Below, piece by piece: positions 38,718 through 45,716 of a DNA stretch of 64,000 nt. Under the pieces are notes generated by a model. The model was not told the DNA's origin and did not search any database. It saw only the letters and a list, made by a program, of their open reading frames with translations. This DNA is from a virus. Numbering within the stretch: the stretch's first letter is position 1; each line of letters opens with the position of its first letter. The translations under genes were made by a program, and so were the position numbers. Where the stretch lies: positions 8,457-72,456 of the IMG/VR virus record IMGVR_UViG_3300042558_003617. The stretch is one strand, 5' to 3'.

Positions 38718-38793
38718 TGGTACCGCTGAAGGGAATCGAACCCCTATCCCGACGTTCGTAGCATCGTATTCTTATCCATTGAACTACAGCGAT
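38718..38793 (-). tRNA. tRNA-Arg(ACG)
   Basis: CGATG-CTACGAA-CGTCG. Confidence 0.9.
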
Positions 38794-38799
38794 ATAAAT

Positions 38800-38876
38800 T
38801 GGTCGGTGTGACACGATTCGAACATGCGACCACTGCGTCCCAAACGCAGAGCTCTACCAGACTGAGCTACACACCG
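38800..38876 (-). tRNA. tRNA-Pro(TGG)
   Basis: CTGCG-TTTGGGA-CGCAG. Confidence 0.93.
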
Positions 38877-38877
38877 A

Positions 38878-39030
38878 TTAACTTGCTACAATTTTTGGAA
38901 TGTATGGCACTGCTCTAGGACCACCATACAGTTGTTCAAAAAGTCGTTTAGCCTCTTGCGGGGTGTCCGCATAGATACGCTTCTTTTCTTCACCTTGTGG
39001 TGTTCTTACAGTTGTTTCATACATTGGCAT
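38878..39030 (-). CDS. Small hypothetical protein (50 aa, not in ORF track)
   Basis: MPMYETTVRTPQGEEKKRIYADTPQEAKRLFEQLYGGPRAVPYIPKIVAS; SD AGGA; fills the gap between two tRNAs. Confidence 0.7.
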   Translation of the reverse strand: MPMYETTVRTPQGEEKKRIYADTPQEAKRLFEQLYGGPRAVPYIPKIVAS

Positions 39031-39044
39031 ATTGTATCCTTGAA

Positions 39045-39118
39045 TGGAGCGGGGTGCGAGAATCGAACTCGCAACTCTAACTTGGAAGGATAGCGTTTTG
39101 CCACTAAACTAACCCCGC
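39045..39118 (-). tRNA. tRNA-Gly(TCC)
   Basis: Loop CTTCCAA, U73. Confidence 0.9.
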
Positions 39119-39126
39119 TTGGTTTT

Positions 39127-39200
39127 TGGTGCCCCATGACAGAATCGAACTGCCGTAACCTGATTACAAAACAGGTGTAATACCATTATACTAATAGGGC
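39127..39200 (-). tRNA. tRNA-Thr(TGT)
   Basis: Loop TTTGTAA. Confidence 0.9.
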
Positions 39201-39217
39201 ATCTTTACTATATATCC

Positions 39218-39292
39218 TGGTAGTGATAAGTGGGAATGATCCACTCTCCTCGCCTTATGAGGGCGGTACGCATCCATCTACGTCATATCACC
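39218..39292 (-). tRNA. tRNA-Met/Ile2(CAT), atypical
   Basis: Loop CTCATAA; T-loop ATCATTC. Confidence 0.75.
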
Positions 39293-39394
39293 ATATAGAA
39301 ACACACTAACGAACCTGGCTGTGGGGATCGAACCCACTAAATCCCGTAGCACCAGCAGTACTGCTACGATACTGGTTAATGTGTTTTTATATGG
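39291..39394 (-). ncRNA. Spacer stem-loop element (family member) with internal T-arm
   Basis: CCATATAAAAACACA/TGTGTTTCTATATGG closing stem; GTGGG-TTCGATC-CCCAC inside. Confidence 0.6.
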
Positions 39395-39469
39395 TAGGGG
39401 CACAGGGATTCGAACCCTGACCTGGCAGATTAAAAGTCTGCTGTGCTAAACCGTTAACACTATACCCCC
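39392..39469 (-). tRNA. tRNA-Lys(TTT)
   Basis: GCAGA-CTTTTAA-TCTGC. Confidence 0.92.
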
Positions 39470-39472
39470 ATA

Positions 39473-39549
39473 TGGTCCCTCCACTGAGATTCGAACTCAG
39501 ACTTCTCGGATTAAGAGTCCGGTATGCTAACCAGTAACATCTTGAAGGG
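39473..39549 (-). tRNA. tRNA-Lys(CTT)
   Basis: Loop CTCTTAA. Confidence 0.88.
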
Positions 39550-39611
39550 ATGGATCGTAAAGAATTGTCTTTTACGTGCCATCCAGGACCATACGGGGGT
39601 CTAGGATGACA

Positions 39612-39635
39612 CTATCGTTTCGCTGAACGTTTCAT
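39612..39635 (-). CDS. Putative 7-aa leader peptide MKRSAKR
   Basis: SD AAGGA, directly after consensus promoter, followed by hairpins and tRNA-Lys genes. Confidence 0.5.
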   Translation of the reverse strand: MKRSAKR

Positions 39636-39658
39636 GTCATTTTCCTTAGTAAAAACAT

Positions 39659-39687
39659 ATTATACGACAAATGTCATTTGTTGTCAA
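39659..39687 (-). promoter_or_regulatory. sigma70 consensus promoter
   Basis: TTGACA-17-TATAAT. Confidence 0.88.
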
Positions 39688-39695
39688 GTCATTTG

Positions 39696-39773
39696 TGGCT
39701 GAGGATCTAGGATTCGAACCTAGGAATGCCGGAATCAAAATCCGGTGCCTTGGACCAACTTGGCGAATCCCCA
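39696..39773 (-). tRNA. tRNA-Gln(TTG)
   Basis: CCGGA-TTTTGAT-TCCGG. Confidence 0.92.
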
Positions 39774-39779
39774 ACAAAA

Positions 39780-40214
39780 CTACAGGTACTCGTAGTTTAC
39801 TGTGTCTGTGTTGGTACGGTAAACCTTGGCACCATTTTTGATATGGAACCTACGGGCCATCTCAGTGGGCGGACTCAGTGTAACAAACCGTTGAATACCT
39901 GGCTTGTTTTTTTGAATCCAGTCTCTTGCTTCAAAGATCAAGTCTCGTCCTGCTCCTGCTTCGTAGCTCCAAATGGTGTAGAAAACCACAACAATTGGCT
40001 CTTGGGAAGGAGTAAACAATTGGCTTTCACTTTCGGGCACAATTGACTGGTAGCTCACGCAAGTGATTGCGCGGGCAGTTGAGTCATTTTTGCGAGCAAC
40101 AAAAATGTCTCTGTTTTCACCAACTCTTGAAGAAGTTGGTATGTGTGGGCGCACAGGATCTTGTGCAATAAACTCAAGAAATGAGTCAGCGGCTGATTTA
40201 ATTAGATGTAACAT
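39780..40214 (-). CDS. GNAT-like hypothetical protein
   Basis: VFYTIWSYEAGAGR.LI...VTLSP...ARRFHIKNGA. Confidence 0.6.
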   Translation of the reverse strand: MLHLIKSAADSFLEFIAQDPVRPHIPTSSRVGENRDIFVARKNDSTARAITCVSYQSIVPESESQLFTPSQEPIVVVFYTIWSYEAGAGRDLIFEARDWIQKNKPGIQRFVTLSPPTEMARRFHIKNGAKVYRTNTDTVNYEYL

Positions 40215-40292
40215 AATATCCTTATATATCTATTTTTGTATTACAATAACATTAAACTCAGCATGGGCTCGGCTACAGCATAAGTATTCTTG

Positions 40293-40724
40293 ATGCTAAT
40301 TTCCCTAACAATCAATCCCACCCAAGTTTGTCAAGACATCAAAATTGATGTATCCTTAAATGGTCATTTGTTGTCTACCTTGGTTTGTGACCAAAAATGG
40401 ACTTTTGAACATGAACTTGATGAAAGTGATATTTCACAAGACCATGTGTTAACTGTGACCATGCATGGCAAAAATCAAACGCACACAGTGGTTGACAGCA
40501 ACAACCTCATAGTCTCGGACTGCACAGTACTCGTTGAACATATAACATTTGATGGCATAGATATTACTGATCTCTATGCAAAAGGTAAAAAATGCTACAC
40601 TCACGATTTCAACGGAACACAGCCTGAGTTTACAGACGAATTCTACGGAATCATGGGCTGCAACGGCACAGTAACAATTGATTTTTATACTCCAATTCAC
40701 ATTTGGTTATTGGAGAATTGTTAA
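40293..40724 (+). CDS. Hypothetical protein
   Basis: TAAGTA motif 6 nt upstream; TAATG-coupled to radical SAM gene. Confidence 0.7.
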   Translation: MLISLTINPTQVCQDIKIDVSLNGHLLSTLVCDQKWTFEHELDESDISQDHVLTVTMHGKNQTHTVVDSNNLIVSDCTVLVEHITFDGIDITDLYAKGKKCYTHDFNGTQPEFTDEFYGIMGCNGTVTIDFYTPIHIWLLENC

Positions 40725-41701
40725 TGATTGTTGCTGAACAAGTGACCGGAGTTGTAGTAGAAGCTACATCGCATTGCAATTTGCATTGCCCACAGTGTCC
40801 TAGATACGATCAGGAAGGATTCTTAAACAAGTTTCTAGTGCCTGACCATTTGGACTTTGAAGCATTTGAACAAAACTTTGTACTGTCTCAGTTGCCAAAC
40901 CTCAAACACATTGTGTTTGAAGGCGACTACGGTGATATCATGATGCATCCACGTGCCGAAAGCTTTTTTAGGCACTGCTCAAGTGTGGAGTCAATTGTTG
41001 CATACACCAACGGTAGCATGCGATCCACAACCTGGTGGGCAAATCTTGCAACCATTCCCAACTTGACAGTTGTTTTTTCAATTGACGGATTAGCTGACAC
41101 CAATGCAACATACAGAATCAATGCTGATTTTGATAAAATCATGCGCAACGCCCGGGCATACATCAATGCAGGCGGTCGTGCCACGTGGAAATTTCTTGTG
41201 TTCAAACACAATCAGCACCAAGTGGCGCAAGCACAAGAACTTGCCGCTAGCATGGGGTTTGCTGATTTTCAAACACAATCAACCAATAGAAACTTTTGGG
41301 ATAATCCAATTTGGCCGGTAAAGATCAACGGTGAGTACTCACACGATATTGAAATGAGTGACACAGCTGATTCTACTCGTACCAAGGATTATATTGTGGC
41401 GCTTGACAAAGTCAAACAACAACAATTTACCAAACCATCTTGTTCCTGGATCAACAGTGGTAGAATTTACATAAACCACAAAGGGCATGTGATTCCTTGT
41501 TGCATGACCAGTGGCTTGTCTTGGCAACGCGATATATCTGCACAGTTGTGGCAGCGCATTATACAGCATGTGGATTCAATTGATATCAATCAGCACAACA
41601 TTGCTGACATATTAACAAGTGACTTCTTTGTGCATAATCTAGCAACATCGCTGTCCAGCGCCAAGACAGTACATCCAACCTGTTTGTCTCAATGTTCATA
41701 A
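40724..41701 (+). CDS. Radical SAM protein with C-terminal SPASM/twitch domain
   Basis: CNLHCPQC, YTNGS, FSIDG, C-terminal C..GHVIPCC...C..QC. Confidence 0.88.
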   Translation: MIVAEQVTGVVVEATSHCNLHCPQCPRYDQEGFLNKFLVPDHLDFEAFEQNFVLSQLPNLKHIVFEGDYGDIMMHPRAESFFRHCSSVESIVAYTNGSMRSTTWWANLATIPNLTVVFSIDGLADTNATYRINADFDKIMRNARAYINAGGRATWKFLVFKHNQHQVAQAQELAASMGFADFQTQSTNRNFWDNPIWPVKINGEYSHDIEMSDTADSTRTKDYIVALDKVKQQQFTKPSCSWINSGRIYINHKGHVIPCCMTSGLSWQRDISAQLWQRIIQHVDSIDINQHNIADILTSDFFVHNLATSLSSAKTVHPTCLSQCS

Positions 41702-41776
41702 TGGCCCGGCGTAGAGGAATCGAACCCCTATAATGACTTTAGAAGAATCATGTCCTATCCGTTGAACGAACGCCGG
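41702..41776 (-). tRNA. tRNA-Arg(TCT)
   Basis: Loop CTTCTAA. Confidence 0.9.
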
Positions 41777-41782
41777 AGTATT

Positions 41783-41858
41783 TGGTCTCCCTACAAGGAT
41801 TCGAACCTTGACCACACGGCCCCAAACCGTGTACGCAACCAGATAACGCTTTAGAGAG
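41783..41858 (-). tRNA. tRNA-Pro(TGG)
   Basis: CACGG-TTTGGGG-CCGTG. Confidence 0.88.
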
Positions 41859-41865
41859 ATAAACT

Positions 41866-41940
41866 TGGTGGAGACCGTCGGTATCGAACCGATCTAGACA
41901 CGAATCTTGCAAGGATCCGCCGTAGCCCTCTACTGCCCCC
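41866..41940 (-). tRNA. tRNA-Ala(TGC), atypical short D-arm
   Basis: G3:U70, loop CTTGCAA, D-arm GTAG-AGGG-CTAC. Confidence 0.75.
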
Positions 41941-42026
41941 ATTATAGAAACACACTTAAACAGTCCTTCAACGTTAGTCGCTATCTCCCTTACTATCGGG
42001 CGGATCTGTATGTGTTTCTATAATGG
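41939..42026 (-). ncRNA. Spacer stem-loop element (family member)
   Basis: CCATTATAGAAACACA/TGTGTTTCTATAATGG perfect 16-bp closing stem. Confidence 0.6.
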
Positions 42027-42102
42027 CTCCGCATCTGGGTAACGATCCCAGCTAATCATTGATTAACAGTCAAGCCCATGCACCATGCTCGGGTTCTGCG
42101 GA
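42024..42102 (-). tRNA. tRNA-Asn(GTT), atypical
   Basis: Loop CTGTTAA; T-loop ATCGTTA. Confidence 0.8.
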
Positions 42103-42111
42103 ATAAAATTT

Positions 42112-42201
42112 TGGCGGAACGACTCGGACTCGAACCGAGAACCCGGATTACGCCGAGCGACAGATTAGCAATCTGCTCTAATACCATTATAGGACCGTTC
42201 C
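42112..42201 (-). tRNA. tRNA-Ser(GCT)
   Basis: Loop TTGCTAA, long variable arm, G73. Confidence 0.92.
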
Positions 42202-42214
42202 AAAACTTACAAAA

Positions 42215-42289
42215 TGGCTGGCCTTGAGAGGATCGAACTCCCACCCCTTGTTTCGAAGACAAGGATGATATCCATTTCACCAAAGGCCA
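42215..42289 (-). tRNA. tRNA-Arg(TCG)
   Basis: CTTGT-CTTCGAA-ACAAG. Confidence 0.9.
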
Positions 42290-42294
42290 AAAAC

Positions 42295-42368
42295 TGGTGC
42301 TCTCACCAGGTAACGATCCTGGGTTGCTACATTACCAATGTAGTGTAATGCCTTTATACTATGAGAGC
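42295..42368 (-). tRNA. tRNA-Thr(GGT)
   Basis: CTACA-TTGGTAA-TGTAG; T-loop ATCGTTA. Confidence 0.88.
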
Positions 42369-42376
42369 AATAAAAC

Positions 42377-42450
42377 TGGTGCGGGGTAAGAGAATCGAAC
42401 TCTTGCTTAAACGTTGGCAACGTCTGGTTCTACCATTAAACTAACCACGC
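42377..42450 (-). tRNA. tRNA-Gly(GCC)
   Basis: Loop TTGCCAA. Confidence 0.88.
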
Positions 42451-42474
42451 ATTTGCTATTTGCAAATAGCAAAT
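42451..42474. repeat. Perfect 24-bp palindrome
   Basis: ATTTGCTATTTGCAAATAGCAAAT. Confidence 0.85.
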
Positions 42475-42479
42475 AAAAT

Positions 42480-42555
42480 TGGCTCCACAGCCTGGGCTCG
42501 AACCAGGGACCAAAAGATTAACAGTCTTCTACTCTACCAACTGAGCTACTGCGGA
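42480..42555 (-). tRNA. tRNA-Asn(GTT)
   Basis: Canonical cloverleaf, loop CTGTTAA. Confidence 0.93.
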
Positions 42556-42564
42556 ATAAAAATT

Positions 42565-42641
42565 TGGAGTAGGTGACAAGGATCGAACTTGCATAAAACG
42601 GATTTGCAATCCGCGGCCTAACCATTCAGCGACACACCTAC
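42565..42641 (-). tRNA. tRNA-Cys(GCA)
   Basis: Loop TTGCAAA, U73. Confidence 0.9.
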
Positions 42642-42644
42642 ATA

Positions 42645-42863
42645 TTGCTCTGCATCCCCCGGCGGTAATTGTAGTACATCAGAAATTTGGTCAGCAAGTT
42701 TTCACTCACCAATTAGTTTTTCATCACACGTACCTTCCACCCGCTTCCCGACAGGGACCGTTATCGCATTGCTAGCGGCCTTTGGGTTCGAAGACTACCA
42801 CCCGTACTTGTCACAGTACTTCTCATCGTGTGGGTCACACTATCCGGAGACACCCGGAACGTT
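42645..42863 (-). ncRNA. Unassigned structured RNA between tRNA-Tyr and tRNA-Cys
   Basis: GC-rich, non-coding, multiple hairpins (TCCGGG/TCCGGA, GTGTG/CACAC, GTAC/GTAC, AATTGGT/ACCAAATT). Confidence 0.55.
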
Positions 42864-42864
42864 C

Positions 42865-42953
42865 TGGTGGAGATGATAGGATTCGAACCTATTGCGTTTC
42901 TTAAGTACCGGATTTACAGTCCGGGGCCACTCCACCATCGTAGCCGCATCTCC
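42865..42953 (-). tRNA. tRNA-Tyr(GTA)
   Basis: CCGGA-CTGTAAA-TCCGG, long variable arm. Confidence 0.9.
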
Positions 42954-42957
42954 AAAG

Positions 42958-43032
42958 TGGTACTGGGTACGGGAATCGAACCCGTCTTACAAACGTGAAA
43001 GGCTTGTGTCCTAACCGATAGACGAACCCAGC
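42958..43032 (-). tRNA. tRNA-Glu(TTC)
   Basis: Loop CTTTCAC. Confidence 0.9.
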
Positions 43033-43160
43033 GTAAAGAAAAACCCTGAAGTAGTCCAGTCAAGCAACCAAACAGGGCCGTGTTAAAAAGAGAAACTGCT
43101 GTTGCAGGACCTAGTGCCTCAATGAGGGAAGTATCCAGGCGATGCAGTTTCAAAAATGAA

Positions 43161-43370
43161 TTTGAGAGTAGTGCCACCCTGTTATAGGCACCATTCACCC
43201 GATTTAACAAGTCCGGACGGGGTTCGGTACGTCACTTGGGATTCATCCAGCGTGGTAACCATGCTACACCGATCTTCCGATCAGCCGGGAGTCGAACCCG
43301 CTTGCCTTCTATTACTCAGTACCTTCGAAGAATACTGCATAACGTGACTTCACTTGCTGACACTCTCAAA
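43161..43370 (-). ncRNA. Unassigned ~210-nt structured RNA with embedded T-arm
   Basis: TTTGAGAGT/ACTCTCAAA closing stem, GTCAC/GTGAC helix, CGGG-TTCGACT-CCCG. Confidence 0.6.
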
Positions 43371-43373
43371 ACT

Positions 43374-43449
43374 TGGCGGTCTTAGGGGGTAACGATCCCC
43401 ACTCTTACGGCGTGACAAGCCGTCGTGCGTCCATGAACACTTTAAGACC
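43374..43449 (-). tRNA. tRNA-Asp(GTC)
   Basis: ACGGC-TTGTCAC-GCCGT; T-loop ATCGTTA. Confidence 0.88.
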
Positions 43450-43451
43450 AA

Positions 43452-43669
43452 CTATATTAAAAAATACTAAAGGAACCATTGTGCATCTATGTCTACCTAT
43501 ACGACCGTCTCGTATAGGCCTGCACGGTCATTACTGCCTACATGCTCCGCCGCTTTTCTGAGCATTACTGCTCGGCTTCATGAACTCTGACTATTGAGCG
43601 TGGGCGGCCCCACTGTCCTCGCACAAAGTTCCTAACGGTGTAGGTAACCTTTAATACATTTTAATATAG
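43452..43669 (-). ncRNA. Unassigned ~220-nt structured RNA in long AT-rich closing stem
   Basis: CTATATTAAAA..TAAAGG/CCTTTA..TTTTAATATAG; internal GAGCA-GTAA-TGCTC, CCTATACGA/TCGTATAGG, CCTACA/TGTAGG. Confidence 0.6.
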
Positions 43670-43702
43670 CAACCCTTGCGGGTTACTACAAGAAAACTCG
43701 AC

Positions 43703-43735
43703 TTTTTAAAGAACATCTAGTTAATTTCTAACTAG
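43703..43735 (-). promoter_or_regulatory. rrn-like boxB hairpin plus boxA antitermination site
   Basis: CTAGTTA-GAAAT-TAACTAG then TGTTCTTTAAAAA at the very start of the transcript. Confidence 0.65.
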
Positions 43736-43740
43736 TCTCT

Positions 43741-43866
43741 AGTATAACACGATGTGCAATACCAGTCAATCTGTTTTGCAAAGTCCCTACAACTTCTAGG
43801 GTTTTTGCAACATCAGTTAATTTCTTAACTTGTTTCTATTGTAGCAAAAATACGTTTACCGGTCAA
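43741..43866 (-). promoter_or_regulatory. Tandem sigma70-type promoters of main tRNA array
   Basis: TTGACC-17-TACAAT (43866-43838) and TTGACT-17-TATACT (43769-43741). Confidence 0.75.
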
Positions 43867-43922
43867 GTGAATTTTTGTTGTATTTTCACAACACTACCGG
43901 GGCCGCCCCTATAAGTATAGGC

Positions 43923-44810
43923 ATGACCAATCAAATACAACTTTCGACCAAGCACGGTCAGGTCCTGGTCGAACTACTTGACACTGAGTTTGTTCACTTC
44001 TGGAAAACTCATTATGATCAAATGGTTGATTGTTACAGCCTAACACCTAGACACGTGCCCTGGCCCAATTATCAGCCCTGCAGCCACGAAACTGTTGACA
44101 CACTAATTGATCGCATTTTGAACGTGATCAAAACAATTAACTCCAGCAGTTACCTATGCCCGTTACCGGAAATTGTAACCAAAGATCAATTGAGTAGATT
44201 GGATTTGAGCACACAACAATTGCTCAATCGATTACACAGATATGCAGTAGTAGCTACAGAATTTGGAAATCGATGGCATCACAACGGGCAGGAAGAATTT
44301 AACCCTGTACCCTATACCAACGATGAATTCATGTACAACATCAATGTGTTAAATCAAAGCATTCATTACCTTGAAGAATATGTAATAACACCACACAAAC
44401 AAGAATTCTTGCGACAAGTACAAACAGTAGAGTTTGTTTTTGAGTCATCTAAATACCAAGATGTTGACGTTTTTCTAGATGGATCAGCTGTTGCAATCCC
44501 TGACGAAATGCAACAGCATCTCAGATTGTCGGGGTATGATGTGTGGATCAAAAAAGATCTACTGGGAAAAGACTTTATAACTGCATTTGCAGATCATGAT
44601 GACCCTGCACAATTTGACATACGTCCACCGCCTACAATCAGTGGCGGTATCGCAATTGATCTTGACCAAGGTAGGGACAACCTATTTGACAGTCCTTTAT
44701 TTGCTGCCTGGCTCGGACAATCTCCCAATGATACACATGGTAGCTATCCATTGGGCAAAGTCATTTCTGGTAAAGAAAACTTATTAAAATTCAGCAGACG
44801 TTTCTGGTAG
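43923..44810 (+). CDS. Hypothetical protein (paralogue of 14207..15295)
   Basis: Start at MTNQ, TAAGTA 5 nt upstream; LNRLHRY, LNQSIHYLE. Confidence 0.7.
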   Translation: MTNQIQLSTKHGQVLVELLDTEFVHFWKTHYDQMVDCYSLTPRHVPWPNYQPCSHETVDTLIDRILNVIKTINSSSYLCPLPEIVTKDQLSRLDLSTQQLLNRLHRYAVVATEFGNRWHHNGQEEFNPVPYTNDEFMYNINVLNQSIHYLEEYVITPHKQEFLRQVQTVEFVFESSKYQDVDVFLDGSAVAIPDEMQQHLRLSGYDVWIKKDLLGKDFITAFADHDDPAQFDIRPPPTISGGIAIDLDQGRDNLFDSPLFAAWLGQSPNDTHGSYPLGKVISGKENLLKFSRRFW

Positions 44811-44878
44811 CTCCACCGGGTAACGATCCCAGGACTGCCGGTTATCAGCCGACTGTTATTCCATTTAACTACAGAGCT
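44805..44878 (-). tRNA. tRNA-Ile(GAT)
   Basis: GTCGG-CTGATAA-CCGGC; T-loop ATCGTTA. Confidence 0.88.
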
Positions 44879-44886
44879 ATTCAATT

Positions 44887-44960
44887 TGGCACGGGTACTA
44901 GGGCTCGAACCTAGAATGACAGAGTCAAAGTCTGTAGTGTTACCATTACACTATACCCGA
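44887..44960 (-). tRNA. tRNA-Gln(TTG)
   Basis: ACAGA-CTTTGAC-TCTGT. Confidence 0.9.
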
Positions 44961-44967
44961 ACAATCT

Positions 44968-45059
44968 TGGCGGAAAGCAGAGGAGTCGAACCCCATCCCA
45001 TTTCTGAGAACCTGGTTTTCAAGGCCAGTCGCAGGACCATCCCCGCTGCATTACTTTCC
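44968..45059 (-). tRNA. tRNA-Ser(TGA), likely 8/4 cloverleaf
   Basis: Loop CTTGAAA; GGAAAGTA/TGCTTTCC 8-bp acceptor, GGGG/CCTC 4-bp T-stem, long variable arm, G73. Confidence 0.85.
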
Positions 45060-45068
45060 ATTAACTAT

Positions 45069-45143
45069 TGGTGCCCCAGGATGGAATCGAACCACCACAC
45101 CCTGCTTACAAAACAGGACCTCTACCACTAAGGATACAAGGGC
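45069..45143 (-). tRNA. tRNA-Thr(TGT)
   Basis: Loop TTTGTAA. Confidence 0.88.
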
Positions 45144-45149
45144 AAAAAT

Positions 45150-45223
45150 TGGCGTACCCACTAGGACTCGAACCTAGACTGACGGTTTTGGAGACCGCGA
45201 TGCTGCCATTACACTATGGATAC
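45150..45223 (-). tRNA. tRNA-Trp(CCA)
   Basis: GCGGT-CTCCAAA-ACCGT. Confidence 0.92.
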
Positions 45224-45232
45224 ATTAACATA

Positions 45233-45307
45233 TGGTGGACCGTAACGGGATCGAACCGTTCCTTAAGGCTTGCAAAGCCCTCGTGCCCCCAACAACACTT
45301 ACAGCCC
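45233..45307 (-). tRNA. tRNA-Ala(TGC)
   Basis: G3:U70, loop TTTGCAA. Confidence 0.88.
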
Positions 45308-45308
45308 A

Positions 45309-45373
45309 TACATTCTAAAACACACCATCTGCGGTATTGCAACCCAGATCAGCTTGGTGTATTTTAGAATGTA
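45309..45373 (-). ncRNA. Spacer stem-loop element (family member)
   Basis: TACATTCTAAAATACACCA/TGGTGTGTTTTAGAATGTA 19-bp stem; internal GGGTTGCAATACC. Confidence 0.55.
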
Positions 45374-45374
45374 G

Positions 45375-45518
45375 TGTGTTTCCACACCACATGATAGGGT
45401 CAATACCCTACCCAGGAGTCTTACTGTCTGTGTTACCGCCACAGAGTTCATGTGTCCTGTCCGCCCGTTTGCTTGTTTTTTTGAGTGCTTTAGCGGGACC
45501 TCGTTTCCCAATAGCACT
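45375..45518 (-). ncRNA. Unassigned structured RNA after attenuator A
   Basis: AGTGCT/AGCACT, CACATGA/TCATGTG, CTGTG/CACAG, TAGGGT/ACCCTA helices; no credible ORF. Confidence 0.45.
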
Positions 45519-45523
45519 AAGTG

Positions 45524-45553
45524 AAAAACCCTGGAGTTTTTAATTCCAGGGTC
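45524..45553 (-). terminator. Conditional terminator of attenuator A
   Basis: GACCCTGGA-ATTAAAAAC-TCCAGGGTT-TTT. Confidence 0.85.
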
Positions 45554-45578
45554 TTTGAATTTGTAGATGTTAACTTAG

Positions 45579-45710
45579 TTAATCATCCCATCCTTCAATA
45601 GACCCCGGTACTCCTGGAATACTATTCACATGATCATAGCCGCGTGACCAGGCTGTTGTCGCCTGTGTCAACATGGGTTTGGATCTTGTTAAAGTATTTG
45701 TTTTCATCAT
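45579..45710 (-). CDS. Putative leader peptide A (43 aa, leaderless)
   Basis: MMKTNTLTRSKPMLTQATTAWSRGYDHVNSIPGVPGSIEGWDD; ATG 6 nt after TATAAT; 3' part complementary to terminator 5' arm. Confidence 0.75.
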   Translation of the reverse strand: MMKTNTLTRSKPMLTQATTAWSRGYDHVNSIPGVPGSIEGWDD

Positions 45711-45716
45711 GTACCT

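Noticed and set aside
42451-42474. 24-bp palindrome as operator or recombination site
   Set aside because: Single copy in a tRNA spacer with no nearby promoter; more simply a spacer hairpin
42645-43669. RNase P RNA, SRP RNA, 6S RNA or rRNA fragments
   Set aside because: Diagnostic motifs (GAGGAAAGTCC, SRP GGAA loop helix) were not found by eye; left as unassigned ncRNAs pending Rfam
44968-45059. Selenocysteine tRNA
   Set aside because: The 8-bp acceptor and long arm look Sec-like, but the anticodon is TGA (Ser), not TCA, and the T-stem is 4 bp
41748-45543. ORF-track entries overlapping tRNA/ncRNA genes (e.g. 41748..41942, 42056..42283, 42914..43210, 44886..45131, 45068..45367)
   Set aside because: They are translations of tRNA cloverleafs, with no SD and no protein-like composition
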